DNA of 55,460 nucleotides from Ktedonobacterales bacterium (GCA_036258195.1 DATAED010000164.1:1-55460), one strand, 5' to 3'. Positions 1 through 8,736 are shown, counted from the stretch's first letter. The notes: generated by a model from the letters alone, not told the origin. A program made the numbers and translations.

Positions 1-21
1 CAATCTCTCTCCGTTTGGGTA

Positions 22-51
22 TTCCATTTCGCGGCAGCCGTATGCTACACT
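22..51 (+). promoter_or_regulatory. Candidate extended -10 promoter (TTCCAT-N18-TGcTACACT) far upstream of the YaaH-family gene
   Basis: TGCTACACT at 43-51 matches the TGnTAYACT motif seen at several other gene starts in this window. The -35 is weak. Confidence 0.3.
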
Positions 52-451
52 CCCTCATAACACAAGGCTTGATTGTCCGCTTCCTATACGTTGTTTATGC
101 TGATCAGCGCCCGTCTAGCGTCGCCTGTAACCAGGCGTGGACTGTCTATGCACATCGACTTTGGGTGTCATCGCCCCACGCGCGGGGCCGTTGGAGCAGA
201 CCACTCACCGACCGACCACAGCGCATGGCAAACTCTTCATCGTTGCCATGCTGGTGGATACAGCGTTGTTCTCCTTCCGGAAAGGAGGCATTGAGGCGGC
301 GACGCCGATGCGCCGCACGCAGCGACTGGCGCTCTGACGCAGGAACGACCCTGCGCCCGACCCTCGAACGTTCGCCGACAGAATGCTGTCGACCTTCAGC
401 AACGGGGTGAAGAACAAAGTCGTCTTCTTTGCCCGGAGAGGAGTCATCATC

Positions 452-1045
452 GTGTCAGAGGTGAAAATCGCTAATCCCGGTCCACTCGGTCTGAGTGGTT
501 TCGCACTCACCACCCTCGTCCTGAGCGCGTGGAACGCTGGCATCCTGGCTGGCGCAGATGTCCTGATCGTCATTGGTCTGGCCGTCTTCTATGGCGGCAT
601 CGCACAGTTCTCAGCGGGCATGTGGGAGTTCCGCACGGGCAACACATTCGGAGCAACCGCATTCGCATCCTACGGCGCATTCTGGTTGTCGTTCGCGGCG
701 CTGCTCGTGCCGGGTTTCGGAATCGCCTTCGGCTCGAAGACTGGGCCGTCAAGCTCCGCACTAGGGTGGTACCTGCTCGGATGGGCCGTCTTCACAGGCA
801 TCATGATGCTGGGGTCATTCCGCACCAATGGCGGCACGGCTCTGGTGTTCATCCTGCTGTTCATCACCTACATCTTGCTGTTCCTTGGCGCCTTCAACGG
901 CGCCGCGGCTGGCCAGGGGCTGACCAAGATCGGTGGCTACACCGGCATCCTGACTGCCATCGCAGCCTGGTATGTAGCGCTGGCTGGCGTGCTGTCCGGC
1001 GTCTCGGGCGGCAAGATGAACCTGCCCGTTCTCCCGCTGAGCTGA
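452..1045 (+). CDS. GPR1/FUN34/YaaH family acetate/succinate channel (SatP-like)
   Basis: N-terminal NPGPLGLSGFALTT motif and six hydrophobic helices typical of the AceTr family. A GTG at 452 is preceded by GGAGAGGAG. The track ORF begins at 383. Confidence 0.85.
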   Translation: MSEVKIANPGPLGLSGFALTTLVLSAWNAGILAGADVLIVIGLAVFYGGIAQFSAGMWEFRTGNTFGATAFASYGAFWLSFAALLVPGFGIAFGSKTGPSSSALGWYLLGWAVFTGIMMLGSFRTNGGTALVFILLFITYILLFLGAFNGAAAGQGLTKIGGYTGILTAIAAWYVALAGVLSGVSGGKMNLPVLPLS

Positions 1046-1168
1046 CGCTCGCTTAGCGTTCGCATTTCGGCCCTCGCTCACAGTGTTGGGCGGGGGCTGT
1101 TTCATTGGTCGCAGGGCCGCTCGCGCCAGACGCGCTGGGCGTAGCGCCGCGCGGATGGCCCAGCGAGT

Positions 1169-1197
1169 TTGACTGCCTTTGCGCCGTGCGGTACACT
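1169..1197 (+). promoter_or_regulatory. Sigma-70-type promoter for SRP RNA (TTGACT-N17-TACACT)
   Basis: -35 TTGACT at 1169-1174, a 17-nt spacer, and -10 TACACT at 1192-1197. The predicted RNA 5' end lies a few nt downstream. Confidence 0.55.
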
Positions 1198-1198
1198 A

Positions 1199-1478
1199 TC
1201 TTCGAGGTCGCGCTAGGCGGGGAGTTGGGGCTTCCCTGAACTTGAAATGCTCCGGATGCAAGGCTGAATCCCCGCCTGAGAGTTGTGTCGACCCAGCTTT
1301 GTCTGTGCTTGATGATTATGAGGATTCAGTCCCCGCGCGGCACATACCTGCGAACCCCGTCAGGTCGGGAACGAAGCAGCGGTAAGTGGGTCACTGTGGG
1401 CGCCGCGGGCACGCTGGGTCTGAGTCGGAAGGTAACGGGGGCTGGCAGATGCGAACCGAAGGCGGGTGCGCGATCGCA
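1199..1478 (+). ncRNA. ffs: Signal recognition particle RNA, long Bacillus-type (with Alu domain)
   Basis: The 5' end UCUUCGAGGUCGCGCUAGGCGGGGAG closely matches the B. subtilis scRNA 5' end. The domain IV core GUCAGGUCGGGAACGAAGCAGC (about 1357-1380) matches the conserved AGGUCCGGAAGGAAGCAGC with a GGAA tetraloop and a compensatory closing pair. The 5'/3' ends can pair. Its position upstream of dnaX is the classical synteny. Confidence 0.85.
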
Positions 1479-1687
1479 TCATTCCCTCCTCAGCGTGCGT
1501 CTATCATCCATCCTCAGCGTAGCTATTCCACCGCGTCTGGGAGTCAGGCGTCTGGCGCCGACTCGCCCTCCGCTTCGTCTCAATCAGTGGGAGCGCGCAT
1601 GCGCCGTAGAGGCGCGCCGCTCTGGATGCGTAGCTGCTCCAGGAGTTGAGTTGGCCAGCGCGCGGTGACGTGGCATCGACTCTGTGA

Positions 1688-3727
1688 ATGGCATCGAGGC
1701 GTGTGATGGCGTCCCAATCGCTCTACCGCAAATGGCGCTCGCAAACGTTCTCCGACCTGAAAGGTCAGGAGGCGATCACGCGCACCCTGCTGAACGCCGT
1801 TCGCGAGGGGCGGGTGGCGCATGCCTACCTCTTCTGCGGGCCGCGCGGCGTTGGCAAGACCAGCGCGGCGCGGCTGCTGGCCAAGGCGCTCAACTGCGAA
1901 CATCCGCGTGACGGCGAGCCGTGCAACGAATGTGTCTCCTGCGTCGAGATCGCGGCGGGGCGCTCGCCCGATGTGATCGAGATCGACGCTGCCTCGAATA
2001 ATGGCGTGGACGACATTCGCGACCTGCGTGATAACGTTAGGCTGCTGGGCAGCGGCGGCCATTACAAGGTCTATGTGATAGACGAAGCGCACATGCTCTC
2101 GACGCAGGCGTTCAATGCGCTGCTCAAGACGCTGGAAGAGCCGCCGCCGCATGTCATCTTCGTGCTGGCGACGACCGAGGCGCACAAGATGTTGCCGACG
2201 GTGGTGTCGCGCTGCCAGAGATACGACTTCCGACGCTTTCGCATGGCGGATATCGTGGCGCGGCTGCAGCATGTGGCGACGGGCGAGGGGCTGACGCTGG
2301 AGCCAGCGGCGACTGATCTGCTGGCCCGCGCGGCGCAGGGCGGCATGCGCGATGCCCTCAGTCTGCTCGATCAGGCAGTGGCGCTGTGCGGCTCGCACAT
2401 CTCGCTGGAGGGCGCACGCGCGATGCTGGGGCTGGCCGATGTGGGCGCGCTGCGGCGCATGATCGCCTGCGTGGCCGACAACTTCGCCTCTGAGGCGCTC
2501 GATCAGCTCAACGAGCTGGTGGTGAGCGGCGCTGATCTGCGCCAGCTCAATGCGCAGTTCGCGGAGGAGTGGCGGGCGCTGATGCTGGCCCGGGCAGGCG
2601 CTGACCTGCAACGAGTTATGGACTATAGCGAGGATGAAGCGCGCGAGGTGGCGGCGCTGGCGCAGCGCTTTGCTCTGGATGATCTGATGGCCTGCGCGCG
2701 GGTCTTCGCGCGCAACGAGACGCCCGCGCGTGGCCTGCCTGTGCCGCAACTGGCGCTGGAGCTGTCGCTGCTGGAGTGCCTGAGCATCCATCAGCACAAG
2801 GCGACAGCCGCGCCTGCCGCAGCGTCCGCCAGCCCGCAGCCAGCCGAAGCGCCGCGCAAGCAGCCGTCCGCTGCGCCTACGACACCCGCTCCTGCCGCTG
2901 CGCAGCGCGCTGCGCAGCCCGCCACGCCTGTCGAGGAGCTCGATCTGGCCGCCATTGACGCCGGCGCCTGGGCAGGCCCACAGCGTCCCGCTGCCATGCC
3001 CGAGGCCGAGCCAACCGCCGCCCCGGAGCCTGCCGCTTCGACGCCCGCTGAGCCGCCACTGGCCGAGGAGCCACGGCGCGCGGCGGCGCCAGCGGCGGAC
3101 GATGAGGGCGACGGCCACAACTGGGTGGATGAGGCGCAGCGCAATTGGCCGCTCATTCGCAAAATATGCCGCCAGAAGCCGCCGATGGGCGCCGTCGCGG
3201 GTGGTTTTTTGAGCGCGGCTGATCCTGTGGCCGTGACGCCCGGTGATCCGCCGACGCTGGTCATCCGCACGAAATTCGACATCCATCTGAACAAGCTGCG
3301 CGAGCCGCAGATGCGCGAGGCGGTGGAGTGGGCGCTGGAGCAGGCGCTGGGCGCTCCCATCCGCGCGCGCTTCATCTCGGCGAATGAGGCGCAGCCCGGC
3401 GCGGCGTCCACGCGCAAAGCCAGCGCGAGCGCAGACGCCAGCGCGACAGTGGCGCAGGCCGTCGCCCCACAGCGCGCGCATGTCTACGAGCGCGACGCCA
3501 GCGAGCAGCGGCGCACGACGCAGGCTCCCACGCCAGCGCCATCCGGCAAGGCGAGGTCAAACGGACGCAGCGAGATTCACGAGCAGCCCGCGCGCCCCAA
3601 GAAGACGCGCGCGCAGCTTGAGCAGGCCGCCCGCGAGGATCCTGTCGTGCAGGAGTTCGCGCGCATCCTCAAGGCTGAGGTGACCGAGGTGCGCCCGCTC
3701 GATCCCCAGGATACGGACGAATCCTGA
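1688..3727 (+). CDS. dnaX: DNA polymerase III subunit gamma/tau
   Basis: LYRKWRSQTFSDLKGQE, Walker A GPRGVGKTS, a zinc module CxxCxxC, VYVIDEAHML and SRCQRYDF, followed by a P/A-rich linker and a tau C-terminal region. An alternative start is the ATG at 1706. Confidence 0.95.
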   Translation: MASRRVMASQSLYRKWRSQTFSDLKGQEAITRTLLNAVREGRVAHAYLFCGPRGVGKTSAARLLAKALNCEHPRDGEPCNECVSCVEIAAGRSPDVIEIDAASNNGVDDIRDLRDNVRLLGSGGHYKVYVIDEAHMLSTQAFNALLKTLEEPPPHVIFVLATTEAHKMLPTVVSRCQRYDFRRFRMADIVARLQHVATGEGLTLEPAATDLLARAAQGGMRDALSLLDQAVALCGSHISLEGARAMLGLADVGALRRMIACVADNFASEALDQLNELVVSGADLRQLNAQFAEEWRALMLARAGADLQRVMDYSEDEAREVAALAQRFALDDLMACARVFARNETPARGLPVPQLALELSLLECLSIHQHKATAAPAAASASPQPAEAPRKQPSAAPTTPAPAAAQRAAQPATPVEELDLAAIDAGAWAGPQRPAAMPEAEPTAAPEPAASTPAEPPLAEEPRRAAAPAADDEGDGHNWVDEAQRNWPLIRKICRQKPPMGAVAGGFLSAADPVAVTPGDPPTLVIRTKFDIHLNKLREPQMREAVEWALEQALGAPIRARFISANEAQPGAASTRKASASADASATVAQAVAPQRAHVYERDASEQRRTTQAPTPAPSGKARSNGRSEIHEQPARPKKTRAQLEQAAREDPVVQEFARILKAEVTEVRPLDPQDTDES

Positions 3728-3760
3728 TGAGCGCCATATGCTGCGTGGTGGTCGCCTGGG

Positions 3761-4366
3761 ATGCGCAGGATGCAGCCAAGGAGCGTTGGACGCATGGATG
3801 ACGTGGGCGCTACGACGGTGGGCGCGTTGCTGGGGGCGCTGCGGCGGGGCGGCGCTGCGGCGGCGACGGCGCGCAAGCGGCTGGCCTTCGCGGGGGATGC
3901 GCTGGAGGGCGGCGGGCGAGCACAATTGCGGGCGGCGGTGGCGGGTGAGCTGGCCGCCAGCCTCGGCCCGGCGGATGAAGGCGTGGCGCGCTGGCTGCTG
4001 CGCCAGGAGATCGCGGCGCAGCAGGCGCGCGGCTCTGGCGCGAGCGAGGCGCTGCTGACGCTGGTGGCGGCTGTGGCGCGCTACGGGCGACCCGATGACG
4101 CGCTGCTGATCTGGCGTGCGCGTGAGGCGACCCCAGAGACGCGCGCGGCAGTGGATGTGGAGCAGATGGCGCGCGCCGACCTCACCTCTACCCGCGCAAC
4201 GCTGGCGCGGCTGGCTGCGAGCGCCGATGCCCAGGAGGCTGAGGCGGCGCGGCGCGCGCTGGATTGGCTCGAAGAGGGCGCAGCAGTGGGCGCGTTGGGC
4301 GACCTGCCGGGCTATTTCCTGTGGGCGGATGAGCGCTTCGGGCTGGCCGTCTCTGGCCCCACCTGA
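3761..4366 (+). CDS. Hypothetical Ala/Arg-rich helical protein
   Basis: Open frame with GC3-rich codons. AAGGAG at 3778-3783 favours the internal ATG at 3794. I recognise no family. Confidence 0.5.
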   Translation: MRRMQPRSVGRMDDVGATTVGALLGALRRGGAAAATARKRLAFAGDALEGGGRAQLRAAVAGELAASLGPADEGVARWLLRQEIAAQQARGSGASEALLTLVAAVARYGRPDDALLIWRAREATPETRAAVDVEQMARADLTSTRATLARLAASADAQEAEAARRALDWLEEGAAVGALGDLPGYFLWADERFGLAVSGPT

Positions 4367-4487
4367 CAGGTCGGCGGCCCGGCGTCGCGTGACGACGCGC
4401 CATGTCCGTAGTATCCATGAGACGCGATGACGGCAAGCATGCCAGTTGGGGCGTGCTCTGGCGCACAGGTGAAGGGAACGAGGCGAG

Positions 4488-5489
4488 ATGGCGACCGATG
4501 CGACTGCGGCTGACCAGGATGCAGGCAAGCTGGCGATCACGATCGATGATGTACGCGCCGCCGCCGAGCGATTGCGCGGGGTGGCGCATCGCACGCCAGT
4601 GATGCGTGCGACCAGTCTGGACGAAGCGGCAGGCGCGCAGGTCTGGCTCAAATGCGAGCAGTTCCAGCGGGCGGGCGCGTTCAAGTTTCGCGGCGCGTAC
4701 AACAAGATCGCCAATCTCAGCGACGAGCAGCGCACTCGCGGCGTGATCGCCTTCTCCTCTGGCAACCATGCGCAGGCGGTGGCGCTGTGCGGCAAGCTCT
4801 TCGGCGCGCCCACCGTCATCTGCATGCCCACCGACGCGCCCTCGGTCAAGGTGGCGGCCACGGCGGGATACGGCGCGGAGATCGTGCGCTACGACCGCAT
4901 GACGCAAGATCGCGAGGCGCTGGCGCGGCAGATCGCCGAGGAGCGCAGTCTGACCCTCGTGCCGCCCTATAATGATCCGCTCATCATGGCGGGCGCTGGC
5001 ACGGCGGCGCTGGAGTTGCTGGAGGATCAGCCCGATGTGGAGGTCATCGCCACGCCAGTTGGAGGTGGCGGGCTGGTCTCTGGCACGAGTGTCGCGGCGC
5101 GTGCGGCAGGCAGAGGCGTCCACGTCGTCGGCGTGGAGACGGAGGCGGCAAATCATGCCTACCTCTCGAAGCGCAGCGGCGAGCGCGTCACCATCGCGCC
5201 GCCCGACACCATTGCTGACGGCATCCGCACGGCGGCGCTGGGGCAGTTGACGTGGCCAGTGGTGCGCGAGCTGGTCGATGAGGTCGTGCTGGTGAGCGAT
5301 GAGGAAGTCAAGGCGGCGATGCGCTTCCTGCTGATGCGCCTGAAGATCGTGGCGGAGCCGACGGGCGCCGTGGCAGTCGCGGCGGCTATGACGGGCAAGC
5401 TCAACCGCTTCGGTCAGCGCATCGGCGTTGTCATCAGTGGTGGCAACGTCGCCCCGGAGACGCTGAGCGAGATTCTGATCGAGCGCTGA
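4488..5489 (+). CDS. PLP-dependent threonine/serine dehydratase family (serine racemase / threo-3-hydroxyaspartate ammonia-lyase-like)
   Basis: FKFRGAYNK lysine motif, SSGNHAQAVA, and a GGGGL glycine loop typical of fold-type II PLP enzymes. Confidence 0.85.
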   Translation: MATDATAADQDAGKLAITIDDVRAAAERLRGVAHRTPVMRATSLDEAAGAQVWLKCEQFQRAGAFKFRGAYNKIANLSDEQRTRGVIAFSSGNHAQAVALCGKLFGAPTVICMPTDAPSVKVAATAGYGAEIVRYDRMTQDREALARQIAEERSLTLVPPYNDPLIMAGAGTAALELLEDQPDVEVIATPVGGGGLVSGTSVAARAAGRGVHVVGVETEAANHAYLSKRSGERVTIAPPDTIADGIRTAALGQLTWPVVRELVDEVVLVSDEEVKAAMRFLLMRLKIVAEPTGAVAVAAAMTGKLNRFGQRIGVVISGGNVAPETLSEILIER

Positions 5490-5554
5490 GCGCATGGTTG
5501 AGCGCCCGCATGGTCAATCATGACGATGCGGGCGCTCCTTTTTGGCTCAGGCTG

Positions 5555-6559
5555 CTAGTTCAGGGCGGGCTGTGATTTAGGTGTGGGGTCACTGGCTGCT
5601 TTGGCCGAGGCGAACTGCGATTCTGGCTTCATGGCGTCGGGGCGAATGATGAGCGCGGGCGCCACGGTCGCGCTCAGCACGCGCTCGGTCACGCTGCCGA
5701 CCGCCATGCGTGCGAATCCTGTGCGGCCATGCGTAGCCATCGCGATGAGGTCATAGCCGTCCGCATCGGGCGCGCCCGTGACCTGTTCGCCCGGGCGTGT
5801 CATGCGGGCAAGCGCATCGGCGGGGTCGGCGTCCAGGATGACCGAAGTGGTAACTGACGCCGCTGCGCTGAAGCGCTCGGCGAGCGCATGCAGGTAAGAT
5901 TCAGCATCTGCGCGCGCCCTGTCGCGCCTGGCGTCGGCGCCGGGAGTGTTGCTGAACGGGATGACCCGCGTGAGGCGCAACTCATAGCCCTGCGGCGCCG
6001 TAATCGCTTCTCCGACGAGTTGAGCCGGCCCCAGCGCCGCTTCCGCCAGCTCGGAGCCATCCAGGGGAATGAGGATGCGCAGTGGGCGCGTCAGCGTCTC
6101 GTCTTCGCTGAGTGATGCTCCCTGCTGCCGCACCAGCAGCACAGGCGCTGTGGAGTGCCGCACCACCGTCTGCGCGACGCTGCCCAGCGCCCAGCGCGCC
6201 AGACCCGTACGGCCGTGGCTGCCCATGATGACGCCATCCGCACGCGTACTGTTGATCGCGTCCAGGATGACCCGCGTGGGCGCGCCGACGGCGATGTAGG
6301 TTTTGACGACCAATCCACGCAGCTCCGGGCTGGCAGCGATGCCGTTCAGATACTCCTGCGCCTCATGCTCTTCCTGTGCGAGCAAGGCGTCGTCGGGTAT
6401 GATTGCTGGAACCATGTAGGCGCCCGCATCTGGTGGATCCAGGATGACCCGCGCCAGGATCAGTGTCGCGTTGCGGTTTCTGGCGATGCGAGCAGCGACC
6501 GGAAGGACACGCTCCGCGCGCAGTGAGCCGTCGAGTGGAATCAAAATGTGATGGAACAT
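5555..6559 (-). CDS. Universal stress protein, tandem UspA domains
   Basis: Two repeats of the ILIPLDGS ... GSHGR(T/S)G ... GSV pattern. GGGAGG lies 6 nt upstream of the ATG at 6559. The track ORF starts at the GTG at 6565. Confidence 0.85.
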   Translation of the reverse strand: MFHHILIPLDGSLRAERVLPVAARIARNRNATLILARVILDPPDAGAYMVPAIIPDDALLAQEEHEAQEYLNGIAASPELRGLVVKTYIAVGAPTRVILDAINSTRADGVIMGSHGRTGLARWALGSVAQTVVRHSTAPVLLVRQQGASLSEDETLTRPLRILIPLDGSELAEAALGPAQLVGEAITAPQGYELRLTRVIPFSNTPGADARRDRARADAESYLHALAERFSAAASVTTSVILDADPADALARMTRPGEQVTGAPDADGYDLIAMATHGRTGFARMAVGSVTERVLSATVAPALIIRPDAMKPESQFASAKAASDPTPKSQPALN

Positions 6560-6741
6560 AGACACCTCCCGCCTGCCAGGTGAACGTCAGGCGCTCTGAT
6601 GACCGCGTACGCCGCTCGTTTGCGTTGAGCGCAGTCCGGACACGCCGTCAGATGGTGATGCATGCAGGCTTCGCGTTTGTGCGACCACTGTTAGCGTAGG
6701 CCGGGGGTGTCACGTTCTCATCACAGTGGGCGGGCGGCGCC

Positions 6742-7302
6742 TCACAGCGCGCTCTCTCCGCCAAGCGTGCGCTGGATGCGCTGCGCGGTTTGCGCGACGC
6801 TGAGCGTCGAGGTGTCGATGACAGGATAGCTGTGCTGGTCGCGCCAGGGGAGCATCATGTCGTAGATGACGCGCAGCATCTCGGGGGAGAGCAGGCGCGG
6901 GCCACCGCGCCGGGCGTTGCGTGCAAGGATGGTCGCGAAGTCGGGCAGCAGGATGACCAGATGGTGCGGTGTGGCGCCGAGGAGGTGGCTCCATCCTGCG
7001 TAGTCGACCTCCTCCCACAGCGGAAAGATGGTATCGTCGACAACGCAGGTGATGCCCTCGGCGACGTAGCGACACGCCATGTCGGCGCAATTCGCCCGCG
7101 TGATGCGATATTGCCAGTCCACGTCTGGCGACCAGCCGTCGCGCGGGTCGGCGTACCCGCCTTTGATGTATTCGCGCACGTTATCCAGCTCGATGTGCGC
7201 GGTGTAGCCAGGTCGCGAGCGCGCCCAGACGTCAGCGGCGGCGCTCTTGCCCGCGCCCGCTGGCCCTGCGATGAAGAGGATGAATGGCTCGGACTCCGCC
7301 AC
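6742..7302 (-). CDS. P-loop NTPase / AAA_33-type small-molecule kinase-like protein
   Basis: Walker A GPAGAGKS near the N-terminus. A GTG start is preceded by AGGAGG. It lies 24 nt downstream of arsC on the same strand. Confidence 0.7.
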   Translation of the reverse strand: MAESEPFILFIAGPAGAGKSAAADVWARSRPGYTAHIELDNVREYIKGGYADPRDGWSPDVDWQYRITRANCADMACRYVAEGITCVVDDTIFPLWEEVDYAGWSHLLGATPHHLVILLPDFATILARNARRGGPRLLSPEMLRVIYDMMLPWRDQHSYPVIDTSTLSVAQTAQRIQRTLGGESAL

Positions 7303-7326
7303 AGAATCCCTCCTGTTCAGTCTGCC

Positions 7327-7788
7327 TCAGTCTGTGCGGTTCGCGGCGAGAAACGCATCAATGCGTTCGCCGATGGCGTCGCGCACGCGCCGAAACGCCT
7401 CCAGACGCTGCTCCTCGGAGCCTGTGACAGCGGATGGGTCGGGGAAACTCCAGTGTTCCTGGCGTCGCGCTCCAGGAAAGAAGGGACATTCCTCGGCGGC
7501 GGAGTCGCAGACCGTTACCACCAGATCGAAGCGCTGGCCAGCATAGGCGTCCAGACCTTTTGAGTGGCGCCCAGCTGTCTCGCTGATGTCGATGCCAAGC
7601 TCTGACATCGCGCGGATTGCTGATGGATGAATGACGCTGGGTCGCGTTCCGGCGCTGAATGCGGCATAGTCTGAACCACCGTGCGCACGCAAGAAGCCCT
7701 CCGCCATCTGCGAGCGTGAAGAGTTGTGCGTGCAGAGGAACAGCACGCGCACAGGAGCGTTTCGCTCCTCGATGTGGGCTGCTGGCAT
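7327..7788 (-). CDS. arsC: Arsenate reductase, LMW-PTP / thioredoxin-coupled type
   Basis: CTHNSSRS (CX5R-S) P-loop plus the CDSAAEEC cysteine pair typical of Trx-coupled ArsC. The start is placed at the ATG at 7788 because the longer track ORF runs through a tRNA gene. Confidence 0.85.
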   Translation of the reverse strand: MPAAHIEERNAPVRVLFLCTHNSSRSQMAEGFLRAHGGSDYAAFSAGTRPSVIHPSAIRAMSELGIDISETAGRHSKGLDAYAGQRFDLVVTVCDSAAEECPFFPGARRQEHWSFPDPSAVTGSEEQRLEAFRRVRDAIGERIDAFLAANRTD

Positions 7789-7844
7789 CAGATGGTGTCC
7801 TCTGGGACGCGCTGGAGGAATGGTGGCGATGGAAACAGGCGCAC

Positions 7845-7921
7845 TGGTACCCCCAACGGGATTCGAACCCGTGATCTCCACCTTGAAAGGGTGATGTCCT
7901 AGGCCGCTAGACGATGGGGGC
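7845..7921 (-). tRNA. tRNA-Glu (anticodon UUC), CCA encoded
   Basis: The reverse complement reads GCCCCCAUCGUCUAGCGGCCUAGGACAUCACCCUUUCAAGGUGGAGAUCACGGGUUCGAAUCCCGUUGGGGGUACCA. It has a cloverleaf, a GUUCGAAUC T-loop, and the anticodon loop CUUUCAA. Confidence 0.9.
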
Positions 7922-8042
7922 GCGGGCGTGTGGATGGGCGCTGGCGCCCCGACACGCAAAGGATAGTGTACCCGCCGGGCTTCATTGTGTCAAGAAAAGC
8001 GCCCGCTGGCAGGCAGGCGCTCCGGTGTGGCTAGAACTCTTC

Positions 8043-8627
8043 CTAGAACTCTTCCAGGAGCGCGCTGACAAGGGCGATGACCTGCTGCACGTCGAAGGGT
8101 TTGCGGAGGAGCACGCCGCCATCCACGCCGCGCACGCTGAGATCGAGCGAAGACGAGGCGGTGAGGAAGACGATCTGGCAGGTCTCAGCGCCCGGCGTCT
8201 CGCGCAGGCGGTGGAACACTTCGGCGCCGTCCATGTCGGGCAGGCGCACATCGAGCAGCACGACTCTCGGCGTCGTCTGCCGGGCCTGCGCCAGCGCAGC
8301 ACGGCCCTCTGGCAGGATGTCGATCGACCACTCAGGCCTTCCCTCCAGCTCGAAGGCGTTGCGCAGGAGCGCCGCGATGTGCGGATCATCTTCGACGATC
8401 AGCACGCACGCGGGAGCGGGCGTGGCGATGATCGCAGCGTCACAGGTGGGCTGTTCATCCAGCGCGAGCGCGCCCACGACTTGCGTTGTCTGGCTGGGAG
8501 CTGAGGTGGCTTCGGCCTGCGGGTTAGTGGGAATGAGCCAGACGGAGCCGCGCCGCCGCGACTGTCGCCCCAGGCGGGTCGCCATGACGCCGCTGGACTG
8601 CTCTGTGGGACCATGCGCTCGCTGCAT
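8043..8627 (-). CDS. Single-domain response regulator (REC) with about 75-aa N-terminal extension
   Basis: VLIVEDDP, LLDVRLPDMDG, FLTASS and RKPF receiver motifs. The ATG at 8627 is preceded by GGAGGAGAGGAG. Confidence 0.8.
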   Translation of the reverse strand: MQRAHGPTEQSSGVMATRLGRQSRRRGSVWLIPTNPQAEATSAPSQTTQVVGALALDEQPTCDAAIIATPAPACVLIVEDDPHIAALLRNAFELEGRPEWSIDILPEGRAALAQARQTTPRVVLLDVRLPDMDGAEVFHRLRETPGAETCQIVFLTASSSLDLSVRGVDGGVLLRKPFDVQQVIALVSALLEEF

Positions 8628-8736
8628 CGGTCTCCTCTCCTCCCCAACCGGACGCGCCGCACTGCACGGTGATCCTCCACCGCGCGGAGCCGCATGTCGT
8701 CTGGATTCGAGGCCATCTGCGGCTCGTCTGGTGTGG

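Noticed and set aside
15-410. Track ORFs at the left edge (15-410, 73-294, 137-337, 205-573 minus).
   Set aside because: No SD, implausible Cys/Trp/Arg-rich composition, and mutually overlapping. The region is treated as a non-coding leader.
1580-3481. 633-aa ORF antisense to dnaX. Similar long antisense ORFs occur at 3557-4861, 4188-5495, 17520-18458 and 18582-20195 (opposite atpA/atpG), 34216-35316, 38642-39763, 41488-42960, 42827-44620 and 44599-45663 (opposite nuo genes), and 50434-51420 (opposite lon).
   Set aside because: All lie opposite genes with unmistakable conserved motifs. They are Arg/Ala/His/Gln-rich with no recognisable domains and lack SD sequences. They are the stop-codon-poor antisense frames expected in about 65% GC DNA.
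7845-7921. tRNA-Glu as a possible integration site for a genomic island (accessory genes on both sides).
   Set aside because: No integrase, no direct repeat of the tRNA 3' end, and no compositional break that I could see in the flanks.
7789-7959. N-terminal 57 codons of the track ORF 7327-7959 (the arsC frame).
   Set aside because: The extension runs straight through the tRNA-Glu gene (7845-7921). The ArsC fold begins just after the internal ATG at 7788.
8003-8018. The 13-mer CTGGCAGGCAGGC is shared between 8005-8017 and the arms of the 14222-14325 inverted repeat. Similar CCTGCCAG strings occur near 6573 and 23302.
   Set aside because: Short GC-rich strings recur by chance in this composition. 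The copy near 6573 is part of an SD region. This is not enough to claim a repeat family without a genome-wide count.
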